DNA of 64,000 bases from Eledone cirrhosa. Taxonomy: Eukaryota. The notes beneath the pieces were generated by a model that saw only the letters and a program-made list of their open reading frames with translations, made no database searches and was not told where the DNA came from. Position numbers and translations under genes: made by a program. The stretch covers positions 2,356,001 to 2,420,000 of the forward strand of contig OZ024743.1 of NCBI GenBank assembly GCA_964016885.1. The letters run 5' to 3'. Within the stretch, counting starts at the first letter, position 1; each line of letters begins with the position of its first letter. This document shows, in pieces, positions 12,689-26,041 of this stretch.

Positions 12689-12829
12689 TGTCTTAACATT
12701 TTCTTTTAATATATCTAATGTTTATAATATCTTTACTAGTAAAGATATCAACATTAGATATATTAAAAGAAAATGCTGCAAATTTTCATAATGACCTGTC
12801 CACTAGTAAAGCTACTATAAACATTTGAA

Positions 12830-13090
12830 TTAGGAAGGGCATCCAGCTGTAGAAAACCTGCCAGACAGTCCACGCTGTAATGTGGCCGTGTAGGCAACAC
12901 GGTAAAAACCTCCCAGCCCCACACTGTAAATGTGGTTGGTGTTAGGAAGGGCATCCAACTGTAGAAAACCCGCCAGACAGTCCTATGCGAGCAAGACAAC
13001 CACTCTTGCCTCAAGTGGGAAAACTCCCGTCCAAACCCATGCAAGCGTGGAACACGGACGTTAAACGATGATGATGATGATGATGATGAT
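12830..13090 (+). mobile_element. SINE/LINE 3' end with (GAT)n tail
   Basis: gaagggcatccagctgtagaaaacc...aacccatgcaagcgtggaa...gacgttaaacgatgatgatg; tail fragments recur at about 13160, 19880 and 46010 (-). Confidence 0.65.
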
Positions 13091-13699
13091 TTTTAGTTAT
13101 TTTCTGCTAAATCCTTACAGGATGTTAACAGTTAAATATAGGAAGCACAATATCGATCATTAACCCATGCTTGCGTGGAAGATAGACGTTAAATGATGAT
13201 GATGATGATGCACTTGTTAGTCATGATTGAAAAACCTTTGATCCTGGCTAATGAAGCTAAACAACAACAACAACATACATTAAAACAAATATAATGTTGA
13301 TGTAGCCAATGGTTAACTCTGACTGAGTATGCTTATGATGAATTGTGTTCCAGAAGTGACCATCCCACCATTTTAGTTGTATGTCGGACTACATAGGTTA
13401 AAATGGTCCCTCAACATATTTAAGATGGTAGTATGATTTCTAATAGGTTGTGTGACTCCCTCCTTCATTGATTTGGAAACGGTGATGACAATGATGATGA
13501 TATAGTGAAGTGTAAATACAAAGATTTTGCATTTCAATACCTGATGTTAATATAGCTACTAATATGCGAAAGAATTAATGCTTATATACATATTTATGGT
13601 ATTCAATAATGAAAGTATTTTTAAAAAATAATAATTAACAAAAAAGAAAAAGCGAAAAGAGTGAGAAAGAAAAATTGAATAAAGAGGAGGAAAAGGAGG

Positions 13700-13930
13700 G
13701 GGAAGTACATATTAGCTGCACCCTGTGGACAAGATGTTGAAAGCATTACCATAGAGAACAGCCAGCAACACTGCTTCAACCTTTCCATCTCATGGGACCC
13801 TTCCTTAAGCGAGATGAACTCCTCTTGATTTTGTAGAGGAAAATAGCAGCAGCCCAGGGACCAAGGAGGATACTAAAGAACTCGATGGCAAATAGCACAA
13901 AACCAAAGTGGTCAGTCAAATCTTGATATT
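13700..13930 (-). mobile_element. Decayed 3' fragment of the CRE-like family
   Basis: ccctgtggacaagatgttgaaagcattacc resembles ccctgtggataaaacggtaaaggcatttcc at 4384-4413. Confidence 0.45.
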
Positions 13931-13944
13931 ATTATTATTATACA

Positions 13945-14165
13945 GAAGCAGATTGGCAGTATCAATAGAGCGTCAGACAGCATGCTTTGCAACATAGAGA
14001 TAGATCCATTTAGTTTCTGAGTTCAAATCACACCAAGTTTAGCTTTGCCTTTCATCCTTATGGGGTCGATAAAATAAAGTACCAGTAATGTAATGAGGTC
14101 GATTTAATCAACTTTCCCCTCTCCCAAAAAATTACTGGGCTTGTGCCTAAAGTAGAAATCATTAT
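13945..14165 (+). mobile_element. tRNA-derived SINE, family A
   Basis: attggcagtatc...ctgagttcaaatc...gataaaataaagtaccag. Confidence 0.75.
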
Positions 14166-14667
14166 ACAGAAGAAGAGTGCTGTAAGAATGTGAGATTGCC
14201 TGCAGAAAGGTCGATGGTTGTGTTCCTGGTCAACACATTAATTCTCAAGTTCATTTAATGTAAGTAGCTAGTACATTAATCAATGAAGCCACCAGCGTAA
14301 ACTACAGAGCTGTAGGATTTCTTAACTTAAAGTGTTCAATTCAAATCACATCAATGGGTTTAATTTGGATAAGGTTAGGATAGGCTAGGCTGACTTGTTC
14401 TTGCTAACCTACGTAAAAACAAAGTTTGGATTGTGTTAAGATATGTTAGACAAACTTGCTCTTAATAATTCATATAAAAACGAAGTTTTCATTAACGTTC
14501 TAATAATTTGTAATTAGCTGTTGCCTTCCCCTCCAACCAGCCCTAAAGAAATTTAAAGAAGACCGTGCACTAAAGAAACAAATAATGTATATAGAGAGAT
14601 ATACAAGCCCCCCGCACAGAATTGAAGATAATTCTCAAGTTTTGTCTTCAAAATTTGAAACGATTAT

Positions 14668-14830
14668 AGGCATGGCTATGTGGTTAAGGAATTTGTTTCG
14701 CAAACACGTGGCTTCAGATCCAGTTAGTCCTACTGCGTGACACATTGAGCAAATGTCTTCTACTATAGCCTCGGTTTGACCGGTGCCATGAGAGTGAAAT
14801 TTGGTAGATAGAAATTGTGCGGAAGCCCAT
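14668..14830 (+). mobile_element. tRNA-derived SINE, family C
   Basis: aggcatggctatgtggttaagg head, ttgagcaaatgtcttctactatagcc body, followed by (TG)n. Confidence 0.6.
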
Positions 14831-14956
14831 TGTATTCATATGTGTGTGTGTATGTATGTGCGCGCGTGCATATATGTTTGGTTGTGCTTGTCTATATTTA
14901 CATATAGCAATTCGACAAGCCTTAAGTACAGGGCCGATATGCCCGACTAAAACCGA

Positions 14957-15153
14957 CCTTTAGCATTTACATTACTCTATATATATTATTATATTTTCAT
15001 GATAAAGGCTTTAACTCACATAATATTGAGTCTATGAGATTTTTATATTATTTATTTTGAGAACAATACCTTAACATCAGTATGAGCGGCTGGTTATGGC
15101 CGGTTTGAACAGAAAGAGGTCAGAGAATTCTGGCCGGTTTAAATGTTAAAGGG
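14957..15153 (-). mobile_element. piggyBac-like MITE copy
   Basis: cctttagcattta ... taaatgttaaaggg termini; same family as 1729-1935. Confidence 0.65.
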
Positions 15154-16449
15154 TAACCTTGGTTGCTGTCTAATGACTAAAAGAAGAAAAAACATCAGAA
15201 TAATATATTTTAACGAAGAACTCGAGGCAATGTTTTGAAAATTGCTTTGTTGTTTGTCTCCTTTTTTTTTATTTTACTCTTCCATAAAATTAGCAAGAGG
15301 GCCAAATAGATGGAAGAGGAGAACAACATGTGTGAAATAAAATATTTCAAAGACATAGTCTACAGCAAAGCAGCAGAGTTAATATTTCTGTGGGCATAAC
15401 TAGTGTAGTACCCCGCTCCAACACCACCACTACAACCAACACCACCACTATCACTACTGTCACCAGCATCGCAATCAAGATCACAATTACCTACATTACC
15501 ACCAGAGTTTAAATCCCGCCAAGGTCAACTTAGCCTTTCATCCTTTCGAGTTCAATAAAATAAAATACTAGTCACTTACTGCAGTCGGTATAATCGACTT
15601 TCCTTTGTCCCCAAAACTGGTGACCTTATGCTGTAATAAGGACATATTTTTGTATATTTCTGTTCTTTAATGGTTTTTTTTATAATTATTATTATTATTA
15701 TTACTGAATATTTTCGATTTGTTTGTTTGTAAACGTAAACTCAAAATGTTTTAATCATACCTTCCAATTTCATATTAATAATTGCTTCTATTTTTTACAC
15801 AAGGCCAGCAATTACCCCAGCACATTACTGGTGCTTTATTTTATGGACTACGTAAGAATGAAATGCAAGTTAACCCCCGGCGGTATTTGAACACAGAACG
15901 TAAAGGGTCATAACTCTATGCTGCAAAGCATGGTGTCTGACGCTATACCGATACAATAAATATCAATCAGAATAATATCATTGATTTTCTAATAAAATGC
16001 AATTTCATTTCTACAACAATGAAATGCGGAAAAAACATTATTTAAAAAAATGTATTCAACAGTCACAATCTACACCTTCAAAAAGGGGCCCCTGCAAATT
16101 TTGATTTTAATATATGAATTATTAAGAAAGTTATGAGGAAACATGAGGAGAGACACTGAAGTTCTTTCCCCACAAAGTTACGTAAAACTAAACAGAGCGT
16201 TATTCGCACGAGTAATTGAGTGATTAGATTAGAAAATTAGCGTTATTAACGGATATATTAACTTGAGGTGCCAGCTGGTTACCACCAACCAACGTTAGAC
16301 ACACAAACACATATTATATATAACCAGTTGAAGTTTATAAACCATTCATGATAAACGGCAATTAGTATTTAATATTAATCATAATATTATCATAAATTGT
16401 ATAGTAATAGATAAACTCTGTGAGCATGTTCGTCTTTATTATATATAAA

Positions 16450-16822
16450 GTTCTGAGTTCAAATCCCGCCAAGGTTAACTTTGCCTTTCATCCTTACGGG
16501 GTCGATAAAATAAAGTACCAGTAATGCACTAGGTATTTGCTGGCCTTGTGTCAAAAGTAGAAACAATTATTACGGGATCGATAGAATGTTTTACGGCATT
16601 CGTTCCTGCTCTCTGAGTTCAAATCCCGCCGAATCAACTTTGCTTTTCATCCTTTCGAGGCCGATAAAATAAAATACCAGCAATGCGTGGGATAATTGCT
16701 GGCCTTGTGCCAAAAGTAGAAACAATTATTACGGGTTGGATAAAATAAATTACCAAGTAACGCAATGGAGTTGATCTAATCGACTTTCCATTCCCTTCAA
16801 ATTACTGGCCTTGTGCCAAAAA
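16450..16822 (+). mobile_element. Tandem partial family A SINE copies
   Basis: ctgagttcaaatcccgcc occurs twice and the 3' end ggccttgtg..aaaa three times. Confidence 0.75.
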
Positions 16823-16831
16823 TTAGGGGGG

Positions 16832-16881
<50 letters not shown>

Positions 16882-17019
16882 TGTGTATCTTAAACCCATA
16901 CGCCTACACTAATGTTCTTACAGCAGGTGCACTTAGGCATTTATATGAAATAAAACCGTGTGTGAATATATGTAACGAAAGTATCACGGTTAGATATACG
17001 AAAATGAAACGCAAACTAG

Positions 17020-17186
17020 TTCTAACGTCATCACCGGAAATAGCTATTATGAAACCCACAGGTATTTAAGCCAATATCGCACTCTCTTCCTCTCACAGCT
17101 AGTTTCTGTTGACAGCTGATGCCCGGTTGTAGCAGTCGCTGGTCATTAAGGCACTGCTACAGCCGGGATAGGGTACTCAGGTCAGT
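17020..17186 (+). promoter_or_regulatory. Candidate Pol II promoter and short first exon containing a hairpin
   Basis: ACGTCA, CCGGAA, TATTTAA (17063), pyrimidine tract ctctcttcctctc, 15-bp hairpin at 17122-17167, donor-like CAG|GTCAGT at 17180/17181; no repeat similarity within the window. Confidence 0.3.
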
Positions 17187-19414
17187 AAATCTGTCGTGCA
17201 CAAGACAATAATTTGAACCAACGTCTCTGCATAACAAAATCATATCATAACAAAAATATTCTCAACACTACATTTAGAAACCTTTTGATGAAACACTGTT
17301 ATATCCAGCCTTTTTATGTATTCCTTCCAGTTATGTTATATTTTGGGTTTCGTTGCATTCCATGACAGAAACTAGAAATACTGTATACAAATTAGCAGTT
17401 TTGGTTTTCCTTGTTTGTCTGCCTCAGTTCTTTGTTGGACTCGATCAGTTTTTCAACTACACCTCAACAACACACTTCTGCTAAATATATATAAGAACGG
17501 GGGGAAAAAACACCTTCTGTAATAACTTATTAGTAAAAAGTAAGAAAATTAGAGCAGTCTAATGTTGGCCAGTGCAGTGAAATTGCTAAATTAAATTTAA
17601 ACTAGCAAAAACAAAAAGGTTAATAAATCTGCATGAGTATTAGGAATAAGTGAAGATTGACTAAAAATATGACGGGGTGTGGGAGGTTTATGGAAGTTGT
17701 AGCAGAGATATGCCACTGTGGTGCTTGTAGCTGCAGAATTTTAAGTAAAACGATCTGTGTCCTCCAACGCATAACCAGACAGTAAAGTGCAGATAGTAAT
17801 GACTAGGCATTTTCTTTTCCCTTTTTTCTTCCTGTTCTCTCTCTTACTGATTTTATTTTTCAAATTCACCCACCTATATAGCATTATCATCTTTCTCTCT
17901 TGATAATAAAATAGCGTTTCTAAGTCAGAAATATAGATGCCAGTCCACTCGGTGGGATACCTTCTAAACTCTCTACAAATAGATCTGTGTATAATAATAA
18001 ATGTGCACGAAAGAAGGAAGAGAGATAGAAAGACAGTAAGAATGATCATAAAAATAAAAGGAAAAAGAAAGAAGATTAATAGGAAAGGTTTGGTATTTAG
18101 CTAAAACCATTTCTAATCGGCTCAGTGACGTGTTTTGTTCTATTGTCAGCTGTTGAAAGACGCAAGTTGCTATTTGTGTAAAGATACGGCCGAAAAAAAT
18201 ATATACAGCAATTGGCGTACTTAGGATCGTATATATAGTACTAATTAAACAATACGTTTCCTCTTCCTATCGTGGCTGATTGTTTCTGGTTTCAGGAATA
18301 GACAGAAACACAGAATCTTAAAAAGTCGAAATACCATATTTAGTTCGCGCACTTGCTTTAGTTGGTTTACCATAGAATGGCCAAGTAGTGAGGGATCGAA
18401 ACAATATTACTCGGAAATTACAAAATGATCCCTCACTTATTTTATTTTTTATATTTGTTTACCTTATGCAATCTAAACAGTTCCTAAAATAGAAAAAAGG
18501 GGTCACTTCTTGAATAGATAAATAAATTTACTCCTTCAATTGTGCTACATCAACAAAAAATGATAAGAAATAAAGGTACATTTTTATTATTACATACATC
18601 TCGGAGACGGTTGTAAGAGTAATTTTTTTAATTTTTTTTTATTTTAAAGGTAGTTGATAGGTTTGGTTAGAATTTTGATGGTGAAATTAATGTTTTTCCT
18701 ATGATTTTTTTATGTGTATCGAACGAATGTGGCCTTCAAAACGGTGGTAAATTACTCATTTTCAGTGGTTTTCCCACTCGAGAACTAATAACAACCGTCT
18801 AAAAGTTAACCAAAATAAATATACTTCCGAAGGGCGATGATGAATGAAAAACACTACACATGACAATAGAAAGTACATGTTATATTAAGTCAAGTGACTA
18901 AATTATTTTTTCCACTGGCGACCTTTACAGAAAGAAAAGAGGTGATATTTATTTCACGTGGATGCATGCATACATTTATTTACAAATATAGACTGAGAAA
19001 GAATACAGAACAGACGTCGCCGGTTAGTTAATTACTGTTCGTTATAGCTAATTACCATGTACATATATGTACATATGTATTAAGATATGGAGACAGAGAG
19101 GAATAGATACATAATTAGTTATGTCTATGTACTCACAGCCACACATATATATACACATACACTGACACGCACACACAAACACTGACACACACACATATAT
19201 ACACAAACACTGACACTCACACGCAGTCATTGCCATATCACACAGCACAGTAATCAATGAGTTTTTCAGTCATCAATAAACCTTCTAGATTCATCAGAGA
19301 CAGGATGTTCTTTACGATAGAACGATCTTTCTTCCCATCTCCACATAGCACAGACTACCATACCAACATTATCCCATCTCTCTAAAAGTGTGTGTATAAT
19401 ATATATGCATATAT

Positions 19415-19615
19415 ATAACAAAGGAATTGTGGTGAGGAACCAGATGGACCATAACGCACCAGAGTACTCAATACTTAGGGTAGTAGAGTGGGAAATAGGA
19501 AAAAGTGTGACCCCAACGGCAGAGCTCAAGCCGTTTCGACGGCTATTTCTGGACATTTCAGTCCAGAAATAGCCGTCGAAACGGCTTGAGCTCTGCCGTC
19601 GGGGTCACACTTTTT

Positions 19616-19620
<5 letters not shown>
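19415..19620. mobile_element. Fold-back retroelement end with 3' half of a hammerhead
   Basis: Near-perfect palindrome 19495-19620; the right arm reads stem II-GAAA-cggc(9 nt)gccg-TC-ggggtc; (TA)-rich flanks. Confidence 0.6.
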
Positions 19621-19655
<35 letters not shown>

Positions 19656-19726
19656 TCATATTTAAAGGTTGACCGTGTAAAATATGGTAGGTTTTTCTGA
19701 CACACCATATATAATATATATATGTA

Positions 19727-19761
<35 letters not shown>

Positions 19762-20013
19762 GCATATATTATACACACACATATATATATATATATATAT
19801 GCATATATTATACACACATACATATATATATACACACACAGACAAACGCATATATATTATATATGGATTCATATATATACCCGTCTAACCCATGCTAGCG
19901 TGGAAGAACGGACGTAAAACGGTGATGATGATGATGACACATATATTATATATCAAATTATACACACACACATATATCATAAATCAAATTATACACATAT
20001 ATACATATATAAT

Positions 20014-20086
<73 letters not shown>

Positions 20087-21009
20087 TCATATTACCCGCA
20101 CACCGTTTCCACCTTCCTCCAGAAGAGATAAAAGGTTATTTAAGTCAATAAGTCACAGAGAAAAGATGGTTTAAAACTGGCTTCTTACCTTGTCTATCGT
20201 GGTAGAAAGTTTTAGATCTTCACTTTAGAGGATGAAATACGGCAATTGCCGATATCTCATTCAAATGATATTCCTTTTCCCTTTTCTCTTGACCCTATTT
20301 TTTTAACGTATTGATGTTAATGTAATTATAATGGCTTTTAAACATAAAGGTGTGGAGGGGAATCACTTTACATTTCAGTTGATATGTGTGTTAATAATGT
20401 GTGGATATTATAGATGTAAAGAATTCATCTTTTCCTTTGTCAGGTCGTAGTGTTATCCATTGTGGTTGCATATATATAAAATAAGGGGAAAAGTTGCATC
20501 ATTTTATAAACGTGTCTTCCATCGCGTTAGGAATTGTGGCTAAAGAAGCTATGAAGAGCAAGGTCAGAGGGAGTTGGAGAGGAATGGTAGAGACATCAAG
20601 GAAGAGAAAGATAGAACGAACAGAAACAGATGTATATACAGAGAGAGGAGAGAAAAGCAAGGAAGGGGAGAGAGAAAGACAGTTATTGATTAAATATGAA
20701 ACTGGAAAATAACAACGAGAGGGTATTAAGCCAGAAGTTGGTGATTGATTCTATAGTGATAGTAGCAGTTTGTTGCAGTACACATTGAGTTATCATTACC
20801 ATACACATACATCACATACATGTAAATATATATATATATTATACCATATATATATATATATTATATCATATATATATATATTATATCATATATATATATA
20901 TTATATTATATGTATATTTGACTTTGCCTTTCATCCTTACGGGGTCGATAAAATAAAGTACCAGTAATGCACTGGGTAATTGCTGGCCTTGTGCCTAAAG
21001 TAGAAACAA

Positions 21010-21050
<41 letters not shown>

Positions 21051-21649
21051 TATATTATATCATTATATGTACGTATGTATATATATTCTCACGCGTACGC
21101 ACACTCGCACGTATATGTGAATGGATGGATGGTTGTTTGGTTGGTTGGTTTTAGTACTGTAAATTGTTGACAGAGCTTGTGCATTTAAAAGGGATGAGTT
21201 CCCATCTTTGCAAACAACCCATTGTTACGTAATGTTTTCCTCTCAACTGTGTATGCCAGTATATATGTGCGTGTGAGAGCGTGTGTGTGTGTATGGTGAC
21301 CATGAGTGTGTTTGTATATAACCATGAGTGAGTTTGTATATGAGCATGAGTGTCTATGTCTGTGTGTGTTGCCGTGACAGTGGTTGTGTACCAGCATTGC
21401 ATTTATAGAACTCCGACTTGTCTAAGAAAAACGAACAGACTGCGATATGCTGAACGGCAACCCTCCAACAAAACAAACAATGTTAGCAAGCTGCGTGCAC
21501 CTGCATAATACACAAACACGAAAGAAACACACCTTTGATAAATAACTAAAAGAAGATAGATGAGTTAGTTTTGTTGCTGTCGAGATGTTAGTAGCAGTGA
21601 GAATTGTTCTCCAGCATCTCTGCTGCTGCTGCTGTCGTTGCTCTGGTGA

Positions 21650-22430
21650 GTGGTGGTAATGGTGATGATGATAGCAGTGATGATGACGATGATGATGATG
21701 ATGATGATGATGGTGATGGTTGTGGTGGTAGGAGTGCTGATAATGATGATGACGATGATGATGATGGCAGTGGTGATGATGATGGTGATGGTGGTGATAA
21801 TGGTAATGCTGATGGTGATGATGATGATTGTGGTGGTAGTGGTGATGATAATGATGATGGTGATGGCGGTGATGATGATAATGGCGATGCTGATGATGAC
21901 GGTAATAATGGTGTTGGTGGTAGTGATGTTTGTGGTGGTAGTGGTGATGATGATGATGTCGATGGTGATGATGACAATGATGCTGATGATGATGGTGATA
22001 ATGATGATGGTGGTAGTAATGATGATGATTGTTGTGGGGGTAGTGGTGATGATAATGGTGATGGTGGTAGTAATGGCAATGGTGATGATGATGGTTGTGG
22101 TGTGATGGTGGTGATAATGATGATTATGGCAGTGGTGATGATAATGGTGATGCTGATGATGATGTTGATAATGGTGATTGTGGGGGTGATGGTGGTGGTA
22201 GTGGTGGCGCTGGTGATATTAGTCGTGATGCTGGTAATGATAATGATGGTAGTAGTGGTGGTGGTGGTGGTAGCGCCTGTAATGCTTGTCGTGATGCTGG
22301 TGACGGTGGTAGTGATTGTGATGGTGATGGTGATGGTGATGGTGATGATGGTGGTGGTGGGAGTGATGACGATTATGGTGATAGTAATGGTGGTGCACTA
22401 ATTAGTGATGATGGTGGTGATGGTGCACTA
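21650..22430. repeat. (GAT/GGT)n low-complexity tract
   Basis: Seen directly; generates spurious D/G- and M/V-rich ORFs. Confidence 0.9.
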
Positions 22431-22639
22431 ATTAGAGCGCTGTAGCTAAGCGGTAAATTGGAGGAATCCTTATTATGTAAGCCAAAATGTCTTGAGTTAT
22501 TTGTTTTGGCTCTGTCCACCCTAAGCTCAAATCTTGTTGAGGTCAACTTTGCATGTCATCCTTTCAGGGGCCTATAAATAAAGTACTAGTAAAGGGTGGT
22601 GGATTAATGAAATATTTCGATCATCGGATAACATGCCTT

Positions 22640-22925
22640 TCAGTATTTATTCTGGCTGTTTGCCTTCTGGGTTAAAATCCCTGTGGCCTACACCACATGG
22701 CCCTAGGGTACCTTTTGCAGAGTCGACTCTGTTTAACACCACCATATCACACTTGGGTATCTTAAACACCCAGGTTAACACCACATCATTGTCCTTGGGT
22801 GTCTTTGGAAAAATCCACTTTGTTGCAAGCATTCAGACCAGGTCTCCGGTTTGATGATAGATTTTGCACTCCCTCCAGTCATGGAGGACCTGAAAAGGAT
22901 TCATGGGTTGTGCCCTTCTTCACCT
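22640..22925 (-). repeat. Dispersed repeat, possibly a LINE 5' UTR; second copy at 33620-33790 (+)
   Basis: Shared cccatgaa.c.ttttcag.tcctcc...gagggagtg.aaaa.ctatcatca...gacctgg.ctgaatgcttgcaaca.agtgga. Confidence 0.6.
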
Positions 22926-23719
22926 CACTAAGCAGTAAAGAGTGTAGCATAATGGTAAGAGTGTTTGACACACCATCGTAATGTCGTGAGCTTGATTCCT
23001 GGTGACACGTTGTGTTCTTGAGCAAGACAATTTATTTCACGTTACTTCAGTCCACTTCGTAGGCAAAAGTGAGTTGAACCAGTAAATTCAAACACTCTGT
23101 GACACGCTGAATCTCCCTGATAATTACATTAAGAGTACACGTATCTGTTAAATGCTCAAACACTTGCACGTTAGTTTCACGAGTAGGCACAATACAAGCA
23201 GTAAAAACCGCAGGGTATTTTGTCCGATGCTCTAACGATTTTTCCAAACATTATTTTCGATATCGATTTCTACATTAACAAACTGCCGGGAATTTTGGAG
23301 GGGGGTACAGTCGATTATATCGACTCCAGTACATGACTGGTACTTTATTCTTTCAACCTCCGGAAGAATGAAGGGTGAAGTTAATGTCCGTGGGGTTTGA
23401 TCTCATAATGTAATGAGTAGGAACAAATGGCGCAAAACATTTGTCCCATGTTCTAACGACTCTGCTAATCCACCATCCTAATTATTAAGTAGATGCATAC
23501 ATACATGCATACATATAGATGCATACATATAGATGCATGCATATATATATAGATCCATGCATGCATACATGATGATGATGATGGCTGCAACTCGATTTCG
23601 AGCAATGCCATCGCTTAAACATATATATATATATATATTGATACTTAAGCATGTATATATATAAATATTGATACTTAAGCATATATATATATATATTGAT
23701 ACTTAAGCATATATATATA

Positions 23720-24777
23720 TCATAATCTATAAAGCTCAGTGTGTGGTCATGCTCCTTTCTTATAGAAATCTACGATATAGAATTTCTTCAATTGAAATTT
23801 ACAATTCAGTATTCGAAATAGCTTCGATTGCGTCTTGGCACAGATAATTTTTTCAATTTCACCCACAATTACGCAAAAAATAGATAAAACTCAATATTTT
23901 ACGATTTTTCTCTGTCATTTAAACTGCTAAACTCTTTCCACTACCATTCAAAATCTATACAACTTCATACTTTCTGCTACTTTCTGTTTCCAAGCTTGAT
24001 GGTGATACTGTCCGTTTTACTCTCTCATATCATCTGCTTACCTCTAACTACAACCCACACATTTTGCTACTTTCTCTTTTATACAGATACATTTATTCAA
24101 CAACAAGCGATAAATCTTTTTTAAAACCTCTTTTCCAAACGCATACAAACACACACTCACTTCAACAACAACAACAACAATCTGCCTTTTATAGATAATG
24201 ATAAACAATAATATCCTCTATGAGGTCACTAAACCTGCTAGAAACAGCAGCTAACTCTCCCCCATTCACACCCCTCCCTAATGTCTTAAATTTAGAAAAC
24301 ATATCTTCTATGAGGTCACTAAACCTGCTAGAAACAGCAGCTAACTCTCCCCCATATGACACCACTCCCTACTGTCTTAAATTTAGAAAACACATATCCT
24401 CTATGAGGTTACTAAACCTGCTAGAAACAGCAGCTAACTCTCCCCCATATCACACCACTCCCTACTGTCTTAAATTTAGAAAACACATATCCTCTATGAG
24501 GTCACTAAACCTGCTAGAAACAACAGCTAACTCTCCCTCATATCACAACCCTCCGTGTTGTGCAAGTACTGTGAAACAATAAATTTCAACACTTTTTTGC
24601 ACAGAGATAATATCCATAGGCGAAACTACAATTGTCACTGCTGGCGCAGCTCCTGCTTCCAGGTCTGCAATTCATTCACCCAGTGCCTGGCAGACAAAAT
24701 GTGCTGCCATAAAATGGGTGGTGCAACCTAACTTTGGTAACTTAATGACCCCGAGCAACGCCGGGCTTTAATGCTAG
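23720..24777 (+). mobile_element. Non-autonomous Helitron-like element
   Basis: 5' TC after A (a|tcataatctataaag), 3' hairpin-like cccgagcaacgccggg, then CTAG|t. The 5' boundary is less certain. Confidence 0.6.
24210..24550 (+). repeat. ~90-bp tandem repeat x~3.7 inside the Helitron
   Basis: Unit tcctctatgaggtcactaaacctgctagaaacagcagctaactctcccc...ctactgtcttaaatttagaaaac. Confidence 0.9.
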
Positions 24778-25043
24778 TATATATATAAAACAAAGTCATA
24801 AAGAACATATATATATTTTAAACATTATCATAGATACATATATGATTGTGGGCTACCTTCAACGGTGTGGCTCGATGAATGAATGAATTAAATAAATAAT
24901 TATTAATCAGAGCTATATTAAAATTATAAGTTTGAGGAACAGTCAGATAAAATTTACCTAATTCTTTTTCTTAATCCTTAGAAATTAACTAGATAAATAG
25001 TCATTTAAACTAAGCTAAGTTTAAAAAAGTAACTTTGAAGAAA

Positions 25044-25100
25044 TCTATATATGATATAAAAGAAAGATGTTTATTGGTTGGTTGATTGGTTGCACGAAAA

Positions 25101-25149
<49 letters not shown>

Positions 25150-25732
25150 AAGAGAGAGAGAGAAAGGTTCAACATGAAAATCACCAAGAGGCAATGAGAG
25201 TTGCGATGGAAACTCGACGAGCACAAACGACTCTTCAAGACAGAACAAACTGGCTAAGAGCTGCGTTTTCATATGATCCATGGAAGAATTATAGAAATGA
25301 TCCTAAAGTCGCGATTAGTAGCATGGGTATTACACTTGGCATGTGTTGTTTAGGAGGAAAAGTCAGACTTTCACTGATAGAGGACCCTCCAGCTTTTATC
25401 CATGTACTGTTTACAGACCATTCTCACGAAGATAAACACTTCAGAAGCAATATTTCAGATGACGTCCTTTGGAGCTGAAAAAGATCATACTGACTATGGT
25501 TATTTCACAACATTTAAAATCCAAGGCCAATGCTACCATTTAATTGGCAGTTTACTCTCCCAACCTAATAAGGAAGTTTTATGATTGTTTGTTTATGTTT
25601 CTCTCTCATACACACACACATTACGGTCTCACCTCATACTGTAAACTAGGCAACACATCCAATGCAGTCGTTTTCTCTTTTATCCGTCTTCTCTTAACTG
25701 TTCTCCTGGGCGAGGCTGGGTACCTCAGCTAG
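25044..25732 (+). mobile_element. Internally deleted Helitron retaining RepHel N-terminal coding fragments
   Basis: a|TC start, hairpin-like segment plus CTAG|t end; translations AAFSYDP...GMCCLGGKVRL...PP...LF and FQMTSFGA...TFKIQGQCYHLIGSLL match the Helitron N-terminal region; empty site gaagaaa|taatagat at about 25868-25882. Confidence 0.85.
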
Positions 25733-25962
25733 TAATAGATAAATGTTATCGATATTCTTTTATGAAGAACAGTCGGATAAAATTTACCCAAATTTTTCTT
25801 CTTAGTCCGTAGAAATTAACTAGACAATAAACATTTAAACGGAGGTAATTTAAAAAATTTTTAAGTTTGAAGAAATAATAGATATACGTTACCAATATGC
25901 TTCTAGCCCCAACTGTCGACAGTTAAATTTTATCTGACTGTTCTTTCAAACTTATAATTTTA

Positions 25963-26041
<79 letters not shown>

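Noticed and set aside
17122-17167. Canonical mir-124 gene
   Set aside because: Only the first 8 nt match; the 3' part differs and the hairpin is short. Kept only as a candidate hairpin.
19260-19305. Minus-strand CTGATGA as the missing 5' half of the 19495 hammerhead
   Set aside because: Flanking bases do not pair with that family's stem I or II strands.
21588-22445. D/G-rich, M/V-rich and S/P-rich ORFs
   Set aside because: Open in several frames because of (GAT/GGT)n; no unique domain or splice context.
24220-24582. 120-aa repeat protein ORF
   Set aside because: Product of the ~90-bp tandem repeat inside a Helitron-like element.
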